Assembly: GCF_009914755.1 (NCBI RefSeq)
Contig: NC_060932.1
Origin: the human T2T-CHM13v2.0 reference genome, Homo sapiens
Length of the DNA stretch: 64,000 nt
Direction: 5' to 3' (one strand)
The translations under genes and the position numbers were made by a program. The notes beneath the pieces are model-generated. The model was not told the DNA's origin and did not search any database. It was given only the letters and a program-made list of their open reading frames with translations. This document shows, one piece after another, positions 14,994 to 28,794 of this stretch. Positions within the stretch are counted from its first letter, which is position 1. The number at the start of each line of letters is the position of its first letter.

Positions 14994-16615
14994 CACAGCA
15001 ATCAATAGGACAGTTTCCATGACACTGGTAGGACAGTAGGACAGTACACAGTAGAACAGTTTAGGACAGTTCAGAGTACACAGTAGGACAGTTCACAGTA
15101 AGACAGTTCACGGTACCCAGTAGGACAGTACACAGTAGAACAGTTCACAGTGCACAGTAGGACAGTACACAGTAGGGCAGTTTACAGTACACAGTAGGAC
15201 AGTTCACAGTAAGACAGTTCACAGTACACAGTAGGACAGTACACAATAGGACAGTTCACAGTAAGACAGTTCACGGTACCCAGTAGGACAGTACACAGTA
15301 GAACAGTTCACAGTGCACAGTAGGATAGTACACAGTAGGGCAGTTTACAGTACACAGTAGGACAGTTCACAGTAAGACAGTTCACAGTACACAGTAGGAC
15401 AGTTTACAGTACACAGTAGGACAGAACACAGTAGGACAGTTTACAGTACACAGTAAAACAGTTCACAGTACACAGTATGACAGTACACAGTAGAACAGTT
15501 CACAGTACCCAGTATGACAGTACACAGTAGGACAGTTTACAGTACACAGTAGGACAGAACACAGTAGGACAGTTTACAGTACACAGTAAAACAGTTCACA
15601 GTACACAGTATGACAGTACACAGTAGAACAGTTCACAGTACCCAGTATGACAGTACACAGTAGGACAGTTTACAGTACACAGTAGGACAGTACACAGTAG
15701 GACAGTTTACAATACACAGTAGGACAGTACACAGTAGGACAGTTCACAGTACACAGTACACAGTAGGACAGTACACAGTAGAACAGGTCACAGTACACAG
15801 TAGGACAGTACGCAGTAGGACAGTACACAGTACACAGGACAGTTCACAGTAGGACAGTACACAGTAGGACAGTACACAGTAGGACAGTTCACAGTACACA
15901 GTACACAGTACACAGTAGAACAGTTCACAGTACACAGTAGGACAGTACACAGTAGGACAGTTTACAGTACACAGTAGGACAGTACACAGTAGGACAGTTC
16001 ACAGTAGGACAGTGCACAGTAGGACAGTTCACAGTACACAGTACACAGTAGGACAGTACACAGTAGAACAGTTCACAGTATACAGTAGGACAGTACGCAG
16101 TAGGACAGTACACAGTACACAGTAGGACAGTACATAGTAGGACAGTTTCCATGACACAGCAATCAGTAGGACAGTTTCCATGACACTGGTAGGACAGTAG
16201 GACAGTACACAGTAGAACAGTGTAGGGCAGTTCAGAGTACACAGTAGGACAGTTCACAGTAAGACAGTTCACATTACACAGTAGGACAGTACACAGTAGG
16301 ACAGTTTACAGTACACAGTAGGACAGTACACAGTAGAACAGTGTAGGACAGTTCAGAGTACACAGTAGGACAGTTCACAGTAAGACAGTTCAGAGTACAC
16401 AGTAGGACAGTACACAGTAGAACAGTTCACAGTACACAGTAGGACAGTACACAGTAGAACAGTTCACAGTACACAGTAGGACAGTACACAGGACAGTTTA
16501 CAGTACACAGTAGGACAGTACACAGTAGGACAGTACATAGTAGGACAGTTTCCATGACACAGCAATTAGTAGGACAGTTTCCAAGACAGTAGAGAAGTTT
16601 CCATGACAGTTTCCA
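14994..16615. repeat. Complex minisatellite (VNTR) of ACAGTAC / ACAGTAGG / ACAGTTC modules in intron 9
   Basis: About 1.6 kb of 7-8 bp modules sharing an ACAGT core, with higher-order duplications. Confidence 0.97.
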
Positions 16616-19012
16616 GAGGCCTGTTAACTCAATAGACACAGTTGAATAGAAATGGTGAAATATTGAAGGTACAGACAGCATAAGCAATTTGCCCAGAGAC
16701 ACACAGTGAGAATGCAGAGTAGTTAGATGGAAATCTAGGCCTGATTTCAAACTCATTCTCCTGGAATTGATAAATAACTTTATACATAAAATACCGAAAT
16801 GACAACTGGCCATTCAAAACCTCAACAAAGAGCCAAGGTAGGCTTTAGAAACAAAACCGAACCAAAAAAATCAGCTTATGTCTTTAATTCAGCATATTAA
16901 ATATTAAGAAAACATTTTCAAATGATGTATAACAGATAATTTTTTAAAGCACAAATAAGGAAGCATTTAAATAATTTGAATTCCCTTACTTTATTTCAGA
17001 TATTCCAGGGGAGATTGTAGAATCCCCCTCCATGAATCCCCTTCTTGGAAATAAAGAATAAAGTTAGAGATGAAGAGAAAGAGGGGGAAGAATTGAATAG
17101 AGGAACCTGGCAATCCATTCATATTCACTTTGGTAGTTGGAAATGAAAGTGAGAGACAGGGATTAAGGATTCTCCTAAAATTATTTTACATTATAGTGTT
17201 AATATAATAAATAATAAGAAAAACAAAGAATAAAAGCATGCAGAATATACAGAGGATGTTATATTGTTGTTCACCCATGTCCTAGAATGAGAGGGACTTT
17301 AAGACACTAAGAGGGCAGAGACAATTATTGATTGATTATACCTTTTGTTTGAAAATATTTTTATACATTTTCATTCAGTTATTTTAAATTATAAAAGGGA
17401 GAGGGCGAAAAAGAGGATTATATGGATTTTTCCAAAGCAGTTGTTTCCTGAAGTCATGTTAAGAGGGTAATCTGTGGCAAGGAGATAAATGGTTGGGAGA
17501 ACCACTTATTTGTGTGAACATGTTTGTAAATATGCATAAAAACTGGGAAGGACTATGTCAACAAATACCTTGCCAATCAGAAAGTAGGTGGCATTTCCAA
17601 TAGCTCCTATTTTACGTATCGGTCAGTAAATATCAGTGCTAAGTAAAAGAAAATGGTTGGAGAATGTTGGGTAAATGATAAGCATTTATTCCAAGTGAGT
17701 AGTGATGTCAAGAGGTTCTAGCAGGTAGTTACACATCCTGATATTAAGGGTTGGAGTCGGGGATGTCAGGAAAATCATAAGGAAGAAATCTCACGAGTCC
17801 TGCAGGGTGTATTCATCGTAATTACTGTCAATTTCTTTAACAAAGTAGACCTGAAATCTTTTGCTGTAATTTGTCATCATTTTTGAAGCTCTAATTTCAA
17901 AATCCAGGTAAAACTAATTCCTGGGAGATTAAAAAGAGATATTAAAGTTTAATTTTTATACTTTTCAAATGGGTGTGTAAATACAAATGCCCACTTTGAC
18001 TTATCCTGTCAGGCAAAAGAGTTGAGGGCTATTCCATTTTAAAACCATACATTTTCTCATCACAGTCTATAGTTTTCAAGAGATGGAATTCTGCACTATT
18101 TACAGTTCTCCAGCTTGATTTCTAATTAATCAATCAATTAATCAATTCTAATTAATCTCACACCTGTGAGACTGCAGCTGAAAATAAAGGGCTTCCCTAA
18201 TCATTCTTGGTATTAAGATACTTCTATTGAAATGCATGTGTTAATACATTTTAAAAATTCAGGATCTGTTTATATAGCTACATACATAGATACCTATGTG
18301 TGTATCTTTATGCTAACATTAAATTCTTTCACAATCTTTCGTGAAGGTTTTGTATTACTGCAAACAATAGCTACATATTGTGGAAATACGGAGAAATAAA
18401 GCCACATTCTTAAAATACATGTAGAGGAGCAACTTAAGTGTTAAATAAAAAACAAAGACAGCCATCACCTCTCAAGTGGTGGCAAAAATGATCACAATAT
18501 TGGCAGGAATTTTCCAGATATATTTTCCAAATTTAACACTCTATAGTGAACATTTAGATGGAGGGAATTATTTTCAAATGACAAATTTAGTATCTGTAGC
18601 AAATTATTCTCCTCTGGAAGAACTAGACTTTTGCACTTTAATAACAGTAGAAAGAATATTTTCTAAAAGTCTGAGGTCACAAAGAATCATAGGAAGAGGT
18701 GGAATACTCGGAAGGTCTTGCTCAAGGAATGTTTTCTTTACTTTAATGGAATGTATCGAAGCTTCCCGGGGTCACTGTGAAGTCAAAAACTTTATTCTAG
18801 AAATAAGAATTGTGGTTCTCTTGAGTGGATACTATCAAAACTGTTTTGTCATGCTGATAGCTGGGCATTCTGGGCAGGAAATTTCTTTTGTAGAAGGGCC
18901 ACCATCTGCTGTATAGATACTCTATGTTTTATGTTAATTCTTTGGGTTTGGCATATGAAAGAATGCCTGAAAAATAAGCAAGTGATTTTGCTAAAATTCT
19001 ACATTGAACATA

Positions 19013-21374
19013 CAGGCTTACCTCGTTTTATTGTGCTTTGCTTTATTATGTTTCACAGAAAACAAATTTTTACAAATGGAAGGTTTGTGACAACCCTGTA
19101 TTGATCAAGTCTGTCAGCTCCATTTTGCCAACAGCATGTGTTCTTGTCTCCGTGTCACATTTTGGTGATTCTCTCAACATTTCAAACATTTTCATTATTA
19201 TTATATCTGTCATGTTAATTTGTGATCAATGATCATTGGTGTTACTACTGTAATTGTTTTGGGGCACCTCCAACTGCACCCATATAAGATGGTGAACTTA
19301 ATTGATCAGTGTTGTGTATGTTCTGATTGCTCCACCAACCAGCTGTTCCCTAGTCTCTCTCCCTCTCTTCCTTTGGTCTTCCTATTGCCTGAGACACAAC
19401 CATATGAAACCAAGCCAATGAATAAACCTACAACGGCCCCTGAGTGTTCAAGTGAAAGGAACAATTGCATCTCTTTCACTTTAATCAGAAGCTAGAAATA
19501 ATTAAGCTTAGGGAGGAAGGCATATCAAAAGCTGACACAGGCCAAGAGCTGGGCCTCTTTTATCGGTTAGCCAACGTGCGAATGCAAAGGAAAGTTCTTG
19601 AAGGAAATTAAAAGTGCTACTCCAGTGAACACACAAATGATAAGAAAGTGAAACTGCCCTACTGCTGTTGTGGAGAAAGTTTTAGTGGTCTGGATAGAAG
19701 ATTAAACCAGCCACAACATTCCCTTAGGCCAAAGCCTAATCCAGAGCAAGGCCCTAACTCTTTTCAACTCTATGAAGGCTGAGAGAGATGAGGAAGCTGC
19801 AGAAGAAAAGTTTGAAGCTAGCAGAGATGACTTCGTAACATTCAAGCAAAGAAACCATCTCCATAACATAAATGTGCAAGATTAAACTGCAAGTGCTGAT
19901 GTAGAAGCTGCAGCAAGTTATGCAGAAGATGTAACTAAGATCATTGATGAAGGTGGCTATACTAAACAACAGATTTTCATTGTAGAACAAACAGCCTTCT
20001 ATTGGGAGATGTCACCTAGGACTTTCATAGCTAGAGAGAAGTCAATGCCTGGCTTTGAAGCCTCAAAGGAGAGGCTGACTTTCTCGTTAGGGGCTAATGC
20101 AGCTGCTCTCTTAAAGTTGAAGTCAGTGCTCATGTACCATACCAAAAATCCTAGGGTCCCTAAGAATCTTGCTATATCTAGTCTGCTTGTGCTCTGTAAA
20201 CAAAACTACAAAGCCTGGATGACAGCTTATGTGTTTTTGGTGGGCTTCATTTTAAGCCCACTGTTGAGACCCACTGCTCAGGAAAAAAAGATCCCTTTTA
20301 ATTGACAATGTTCCCAGTCACCCAAGAGCTCTGATGGGGATGTACAAAAAGATTAATATTGTTTTCATGCCTGCTAACACAACAACATCCATTCTGCAGC
20401 CCATGGATCGAGGAATAATTCTGATTTTCCAGTCTTTTTATTTAAGAAATATGTTTTGTAAGGCTGTTGCTGGTGTAGATAGGGATTCCACTGATGGTTC
20501 TGGGCAAAGTAAGTTGAAGGCCTTTTGGAAAGAATTCACCATTTTAGATGCCATTAAAAACATTCATGATTCATGGGAGGAGGTCAAAATATTAAAATTA
20601 ACAGGAGTTTGGAAGAAGTTGATTCCAGCCCTCACGGATGACTTTGAGGTGTTCAGTACTTCAGTAGAGGAAGTAACTGCAGATGTGATGGAAACAGCAA
20701 GACTAGAACTAGAAGTGGAGCCTAAAGATGTGATTGAATTGCTGCAATCTCATAAGAAAACTTGAACATATGAGGAGTTGCATCTTATGGATGTGCAAAG
20801 AAAGTGAGATAGAATCTACTACTGGTGAAGAGGCTGTGAACATTGTTGGAATGACAAAAAAGAATTTAGAATATTACATAAACTTAGTTGATAAAACAGC
20901 AGCAGTGCTTGGGAGGATTGATTCCGATTTTGAAAGAAGTCCTACTGTGGGTAAAGTGCTATCAAACAGCATCACGTGTTACAGAGAAATCTTTCCTGAA
21001 AGGAAGAGTTAATTCATGCATCAAACTTCATTTTTGCCTTATTGTAAGAAATTGTTACAGCCACCCCAACCTTCAGCAACCCTCACCCTGATCAGTCAGC
21101 AGCTATTAACATCAAGGTAAGACCATCTATTAGCAAAAAGATTACAACTTGCTAAAGCCTCAGTGTGTATTTTTTTTTTTTAGCAATGAAGTATTTTTAA
21201 GTTAAGGTATGTACATTTTTTAGACATAACGCTATTGCACACTTGATATAGTATAGTGCAAACATAACCTCTCTATGCACTGGGGAACAAAAAAAGTGCG
21301 GCTCTTTTTATTTCAATATTTGTTTTTTTATGGGGGTCTGGAACTGAACCCACAGTACCTCTGAGGTATGCTTG
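19013..21374 (+). mobile_element. Near full-length Tigger1 (TcMar-Tigger) DNA transposon
   Basis: TA|CAGGCTTACCTC ... GAGGTATGCTTG|TA terminal inverted repeats with TA target duplication; 2362 bp. Confidence 0.95.
19433..21012 (+). pseudogene. Decayed Tigger1 pogo-family transposase
   Basis: Presumed start ATG>ACG at 19433; fragments in several frames (MSPRTFIAREKSMPGF; [20 protein letters not shown]; [11 protein letters not shown]) separated by stops and frameshifts. Confidence 0.9.
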
Positions 21375-23461
21375 TATATAAATCTTGAAACAGATTAATT
21401 CTTGTCCCTTTCCTCATAAATAGTACAAAATAAAACATTAACTCAGAAATCAAATTCCTTGACCCAACTTGGGGTGTTTCTGGGGGCAGCTATAATTTAT
21501 ACAGGTTAACAAATATCTAAATTTTATTTATATTAAATGTTATATTGTACAGAGTCCCTAGCACATAGAAAAATGCCTTACATGGACCCAAGAAAAAAAT
21601 ATTTCCTATCACAGACTTTAGTATTTTGAAGAACCCCTTTGCTTATGTTTCACATCCAATTGAAGATCGTATCTGCGCATTTAACACTTCATTTTTTGAA
21701 AATATGTTTTCTAGCACAAAACTGTATAAAACCTTTATATATCATGAAGAGACTTCCCAAGCAGATAGTTTTATATTTTATGCCTCTTTTGCTGTGAATT
21801 TCCATGATCTGCAAGTGTCAATGACAATTCAAAACTTCATATGAAGCACTATAAAATCCCCCCCTTTGGTAATAAGTAAGATAATTATTCCATTTGGTAG
21901 TTTTTAAAATATAAAAATGCATAATTAAATGATCTGGTTAAAATATTCAGCTATTTCAATTCTATTATGTAAAGCTCTTAGAAATTCCCTGGCACAGAGT
22001 TAGCTATTATTACTCATTCTCCAAAAATTAGTTTAAAAGCCATAAGGCATCTCTTTTGTGAAGCCTTCATTGACCATAAATTCTCACTGTGTCATGGCGT
22101 CATGCTGGCCAGAATTGGGAATCTGCTTTTCTACAAAAGCCAATTTGATAAACAAAAAATATATCTCATTGTTTTGTAATAATTCAAACCATTTGTGCGT
22201 CTTTTTCTGTGAATTGCCTATTTCATGACTCTTGTCCATTTTTCTATCAGTATGTTAGCTGTTTTTAAAATTTGAACCATTATTTATATATTAAGGATTT
22301 GATATTTTATGTGATATTTTATTGCAAGTATTTTCGCCAACTTGTCCTTTGTCTTTTGATTGATTTGTTTGCATACAGAAGGATTACATTTTTGTATTGT
22401 TAAATCTATCTGTTTTGTATGTGATGATTTGGGGACAATTTCGGAAGGGTGAAAGGTTGCTGGCCATTCTGTGCATTACTGCTCCCTAAATATGCCACCA
22501 CAATGGGCAAGAACTGTAAATGTGAATCTGAAACTTAGGGAAGGAGTTTAGGTTGGAGATGTTGATCAGAGTGTCACCTGCCTAGTGCCTTGTGAAAACA
22601 AAGACACAGGTTAATTCTTCCACAGCAAGAGTAGAGATAGAGCAAGGAAAAGGAACCCACGTTGGAATGTCTATATTTGGGGGATAAGGAGAAGAAAATG
22701 AGTTCTCAAAGCTCATATAGAGAAATAACCAAAGAGAAAAGATAGGGCATCATTATAGGCCAGGAAGTAAAGAGATATAAGGTGGTGGTCAATTGGTTAA
22801 GTAGGGTGCGATTTGGCAATTTGGCAAGAGGTGCCCATGAAAAAGCCAAATTGCAAAAACAGAGGAGCAAAAAGGAGTTTAATAGACTAAACATTTTTCT
22901 ATTTGGTTGAATGAGCACCATCTCTAAGAACATATGGAAATATTAAAACAAAAACAAAAACCATGCTTACATGTACAAAGTGGTCCTACATCTTGTGTGG
23001 TTTCCTTATGGCTTCTTTCATTTCCACCACTGTAATAATTTTTTAAAGCTTAAAAGGAAAGCAAAGGAAACATTTTATAGGGAATTCACACTTTAAAGCC
23101 CTCTCCATGCCTAGGAATAAATTTAATGGGTCAATGATTCATCTTCTGACATTTTATTATAATCACTAAAGTCACTTAATGGATTTCACTGGTTTAGGGA
23201 ACTGGGTTGATTCTTTCCATATGGATTCAAAACTGAATTTCTTTAAATAGGAAAGATACCAAAAAAGGAGAGAAAATCTGGGAGAGGTGGGATCCCTCAC
23301 AGGTCACAAATGTGGTATAGACTTATGAGTGGTCTTGGCTTTCAGAGCCAAACCCAACCTTGCCAGAGGAATGGAAATGGGGCTGCTTGGTTACCTCCTC
23401 CCCTGTATTGTTTCATATCCTCATGACTTATGTGTGACATGACTTTTGCATGCTCTGCTAA

Positions 23462-23599
<138 letters not shown>

Positions 23600-24079
23600 T
23601 GAGACTAATGTTGCTTTCTAAAGACTCCAGGTGGGCTGTGTCCACTGGGGGAACAGGTGGAAGAAGTGGGTTGCAGGTAAAACTGCATACATGCAAGGCA
23701 TGGTTTGCTTTCCCCTGGCAGTGGAGACAGGGTGATTGATTATCCCTGTGAAAAGCAAATAGAATCACATGAGCACAGTGTGTTTGAGCTAGGAAGGACT
23801 TTGTAATAATGTGGAGACCAGCATCCTCCTTCTGCAGACAAGGAATCTTGGGTGCATGAAAGGACAGGAGGGTGTGAGGGGCCTCGAGCTTCACCTCAGC
23901 AGTGCTCACTTGAAGTCTACGCTCCTGTTTGTTTTGCTGGGATGAGGTGGTGGGAGGTGTTGAAGTGTGTTCACATCTATGGTATTCAGAAAGCTTCATA
24001 TGAGAAAATCGTGGACTTTAGGACTTACAGTTGAGAGTTCTTAGTCATATATGACTCTCTCATTTATGAGTTTGTGTGA

Positions 24080-24232
<153 letters not shown>

Positions 24233-27200
24233 TGACCTACCAGCTAACGCCCACCTCCCATCCATCCACAGGGCAAGTAGGGCTTTAAGATAGAAGCATT
24301 TCAGACAGTGTTGACCTCAAAAATAACTTACCTTCCATTCACTAGAGAAAAAGTCAATGTCATTCCCTATAGTAAATGCATTTTTATAGAAAGGAATGTC
24401 TCAGGAGAGGAAACTAAGTCGAAGAGGAGAGTAAGCTGATATTAGTGAAGCCTTGACAAAGCGTGGAAGAGGAAGAAAGTGAGAAGGCTGATAACCTGTA
24501 AGAAGTTTTGTTCTGTCAACTTTGTCATGGCCAGGATTATCCTGAAACACAATAGAGCTCCACCTAATGGTGAGAAGTTGAACTGCACCTGTAACTGCAT
24601 AAAGTTGCACAAGAGGGAAGTCTCCGCTTAAATAAAACTCATTCAACAAATTTTCGCTTAGTAAATAAAAAGTTCCCATTTAATAGGTAAATCATTTCAC
24701 ATCAAAAGAAAAATGAGGTTGTAGGCAAGCCCCCTTAAAAAAATTCCTGTCTTCTAGTTATATCTACAAGTGAAACGAAAGATCTCAAACTAACATAAAT
24801 GTCCAATAATTAACTCATTATGGTAGCTCAAGTTGATGGAATATTATGCAGTCACTAAAATTTTAATTATGGAAACTACATAGCAACATGGGACCTAGTT
24901 ATGATAATGTTCAGTGGAAAAAAATGTAGAATAGTAATTTGTGTTCATATTATGATCCCAAATATATAACTGAATTTGAAGGGAGCAAGAAAAATTGCAA
25001 CACTTTTTACAGGGTTATGAGATATGGCTGATTTTTTCTTTTTATTTTTAGTATTATTTCTGTTATGTGATAAACAAAAAATTGTGTGAAAAAAGAAAAA
25101 ATAATTATTTCCTTAGCATTAACCAGAATTGTTTTTCACCAAATCAATTGGGTTTTAATGAATTTTTGTATCAATTAGTTTTCTTTTAAACCCAAAGTCC
25201 TTTGAGGAAACATCTGTTTTGAGAAACAGGAGCATACTGACACATTTAAGTTTTTCTTGCATTCTAAGCATGCAAACACTCAATGGAATTGACCTTGGTG
25301 TAGAAAGAGAAATCCCTACTGGCTTTACTTTCTCTTTTGGATGTATTTTGTCCCCTAGTATTCTGTGTTCTTTTATTAGATTCATGAGACAGAGCAACTC
25401 TACAACCACGGCTTTTTTGTTGTTATTCATGACCCAACATGGTAATAAAATGCCTATAGCTGTTTCTTAAAACACATCAACACTAAAAACCCATTTAACA
25501 TTTTCATCCAGTCTTACTTGTTGGATAAGAACAAGGACACAAAGTAGGGAGGAAGAATTTTATAATTTATCAAGATAAGCATGCCAGTACCTATTTTTTT
25601 TTTAATTCCCAAGACCATGGTGATGATTTGTGTCTGCACTGTCTGTGCCCCATGGGATTTTATGGGGCTAGGTTTCCACACCTTCCAGAAGAAGAGATAG
25701 TTGAGTTAAATTGTTCTTATTGTTTAGTTTACTGTCATAACTCTGGCCTCAGTTCCATGTCAAAGCTGGCAACCTGACCTGTTCTGTTGGCAAGATTTCT
25801 CCAAAATATACAAAGTGTAAATTAATCTGAAGAGGAAAAGTGGCCTTACCTAGCTGCTCCTGACTGTCAGTCCGCTGACCTCTCCTGCCCCCGGGTGTCA
25901 TAAGCCCGGCTGTCAGCCTGAGGTGGAATCAGAAGGAAAAGTGCAGACTTTTCAGTCTGTTGGTTTCAGCATTTGCCAGGCAGTCCAATCAGCACCCCCC
26001 TGTATATCCTGCCTATATATCCCCCTGTATATCTGGAGGCCTTCCTCAGAGCTCTCAGGCTTCTCCCATGGCCTTGGATTTGGAGATGAGGGGGTCAATG
26101 AAGAAGCCTGCCCTGAGCTTCTGGCAAAAAAGGAACACACTCAGCTGTCCCTAGAACAACCTGTGACTATCCTGTGGTTGATCAGCTGGCTTAGCTGAAG
26201 GAAAGGAGCTTGGACAGTGGCTAGGGACTTTCAGACTGCCTTTTCTCAAAAAAGTTAGATGCCTGGGAGATCCTTCCAAAGACAGGAGGGAAGAGGCAGT
26301 GCCATGGCCTTAGATTTGGGGATGGAGCAGAGATTGGCTAACTTTGACCTGCAGAACAAGAGCCAGCAGTGGCAGGTCAATGGATATGGCTGGTTTCCCT
26401 TAAGTGGGTAGAAAGAGAAAGGGGAGCAAGAGAGACGCAAGGATTGGTGTCCATCTCAGAAACCGCCGCAGTCCTGAGACTTGCTAAAATTAGCTGCAAT
26501 GCAGTTGTGCACAACTGCGGGGCCAGCAGCCCTGTGGTTCTCATGGCCAGTGAGGCACCCTCAAGCTATGCTGAAGCTATGGGGCAGCAGTCCTTGTTCA
26601 CTCAAGGACATGACTTGGGGAGTGGGTATTTCACTCTCAGGCCACCTGCCCCCCACCCCACTGATGATCTCATTGATTCACTTGTGGATTGAAATATTCT
26701 TCAGACACTTATCAAAACTAGTATGAAGGAATAAATCCAATGTGCAGGTGCTATGGAGCCCTTCAGTCTCACTCGCCTGATACTGAAGCCCTGATATTCA
26801 GGCTGTTTATGTCTGGACGCCTTTAAAGGTCATGAGATTAGGCGAGATTGGGAAAAATGGTGGGATGCAGCGGCATCATCTTTTTAGATAATGTCTACTT
26901 TGCAGGCATTAGCCTTCCCCAAAGTACTTGAACCCAAGGAGGACTCCTCTCTCACACACTCAAAAACCATCTCTTGCACTGTTGTTTGTAAAAAAACTTT
27001 TCCCACATCACAGGAGTTCTTGATAAGGATTCGGATTCCTGAGTTCCATCCTTCATCTTTTGAGTTAAAATTCCCCAAGTAAGTTCCAGGAATTTTTATT
27101 TATGATAAAGTCTCCAGATATTTCTATGCACTCTAAAGTTTGAAAAACATGCTCTAAAAATTAAGTTAGTGCAATGGGCCCAACAGCTGACATGGAAGAA

Positions 27201-28586
27201 ATAGTGGGTCTTTATGGGCAAGGAGGAGAAATGACAAAGAAGGGACAGTGATAGGACAGTGATGTAGAGGCCATTCAGGAGGGTGGGAAAACACCTAACA
27301 GAAGGCTGCTTCCATCTTTTAGTCACCAACCAACTTTGTAGAGGCCAGCAGTCAGGCCAGATAGATACACTATGCCATGTTTAAAGAAAGCAGCAAAACA
27401 CAAGCCAACATGGGGAACTTTATCAAAATAATCCAGTTGCATGGCCAGTGGAATGCCCCAGCCTCCTTCACTTAGGTGGGTTACTCTATATTCATTAAAT
27501 TAGGCAGTCCTATTCCTAGTACATCCCAATGACAGTTGCTCTGAATGCCACACTGAGACTTGTTGTGGGGAGAAAAAACTTACCTCCACTGTTTTCTGTT
27601 TAAGAAGAAACTAAATAAACAATACAACAACAGCCATTAAAAAATTAAGAGGAAAAATTCCTGTAGAAATCTGAGCTAATGACTAGAATGACTCATTCCC
27701 AGAGAGTTCCAGGTAACCAGTCTTGTTTTGTAACTAGGTCTAGGCTTGGCAGCATCCCAGGAACTGCCAAGAGCCTTTGAGAGAGTTTGCAGGGAGGTTG
27801 TCTATCTAGACACAGCTGTTTCTCACCCAGGCAGGGGCAGGGACAGTGACTAATATACTAGGATCAGAGGCTACTTTTGAGTTAATATGTAAATGTCTGA
27901 TACTAACTCAGGTATTATTCTTCACTCAAAGGCAACAGTCCTGACACACACAGATAAAGATGACAAAAGACCCACAATTAGTGTTTACAGATAATTGGGT
28001 CAAGAGGACATATATGCACAGCAGATGCCCTCTGGGTTTCTCCCATGGTTCTATAAAATAATAAGGATGCTTCATAATTTCTTTAATCTGATTCTGCCTT
28101 CTGCCATGCCAACTACCTAAAGTCTGTCTTTGGAGATCTTCCTTCTGGCCAGGAACACCTTCCAGAGCTAAATGACCTTTCCTGGCCTGAAGACTGTTGA
28201 CTCCCAAATTTCTGTGGTTGCGGGATGCCAGGATACCCCGGGCCCCTTTGGGGAGTAAGTAGACAGGCCTAGTTACTGTCACACTGCCCTCTTACCCCAC
28301 TCTCCATCCCGCATTTGGTCCACAGACAAGCTGACTCCAGACACTGTGCTACACAGGGGGCAGGAAAGGACCCACCCTGCAAAGCCAGAGCCTTTGTAAA
28401 CAATGGATTTTAGATCCCGCCAAAATGTCTCCTTAATGTCAAAAGGAAGATTTGGCTTAATGCCATAGTTAATCTAATCAGACTGACTTTAGCTAGAAAT
28501 AATCAGATTTCCAATTTTATTTTATTAAAATCTAGGAATTAACCCCATGGAGATTATAAGGAACTTAAATATGCATTTCCTTAGAA

Positions 28587-28588
<2 letters not shown>

Positions 28589-28632
<44 letters not shown>
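28589..28632. repeat. (AC)22 microsatellite 130 nt upstream of exon 12
   Basis: Direct reading. Confidence 0.97.
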
Positions 28633-28634
<2 letters not shown>

Positions 28635-28762
28635 TTATTAAACAGATTAGTCTTTTGCCTTTTTAAGAGACAGTTTATGCCTTAGGAAAGTCTGTACATC
28701 ACGTAATATTTTTTCCATTTCTTGTCTCTGACCTACAGTAAGCCTATTGTTTTGTTCCACAG

Positions 28763-28794
28763 GTGTATTACAACACGGATGATGAACGAGAAGG
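28763..28794 (+). CDS. GRHL2: GRHL2 coding exon 12 (32 nt)
   Basis: Acceptor ttgttttgttccacAG, donor AGG|gtaaga. Translates VYYNTDDERE(G). Confidence 0.95.

Noticed and set aside
14994-16615. CRISPR-like array
   Set aside because: No unique spacers, no constant repeat of CRISPR length, no cas genes, and the context is a primate intron; it is a minisatellite.
15744-16813. Cys/Tyr/Val-rich minus-strand ORFs resembling keratin-associated or metallothionein-like proteins
   Set aside because: They are translations of the VNTR modules, with no independent evidence of gene structure.
18120-18157. Homeodomain-like TAAT/ATCAAT motif cluster
   Set aside because: Explained by a short local duplication (TTCTAATTAATC twice) in AT-rich DNA; no further support.
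20009-21091. Functional or domesticated TIGD-like transposase gene
   Set aside because: Start codon lost and the coding region is split across frames by stops and frameshifts.
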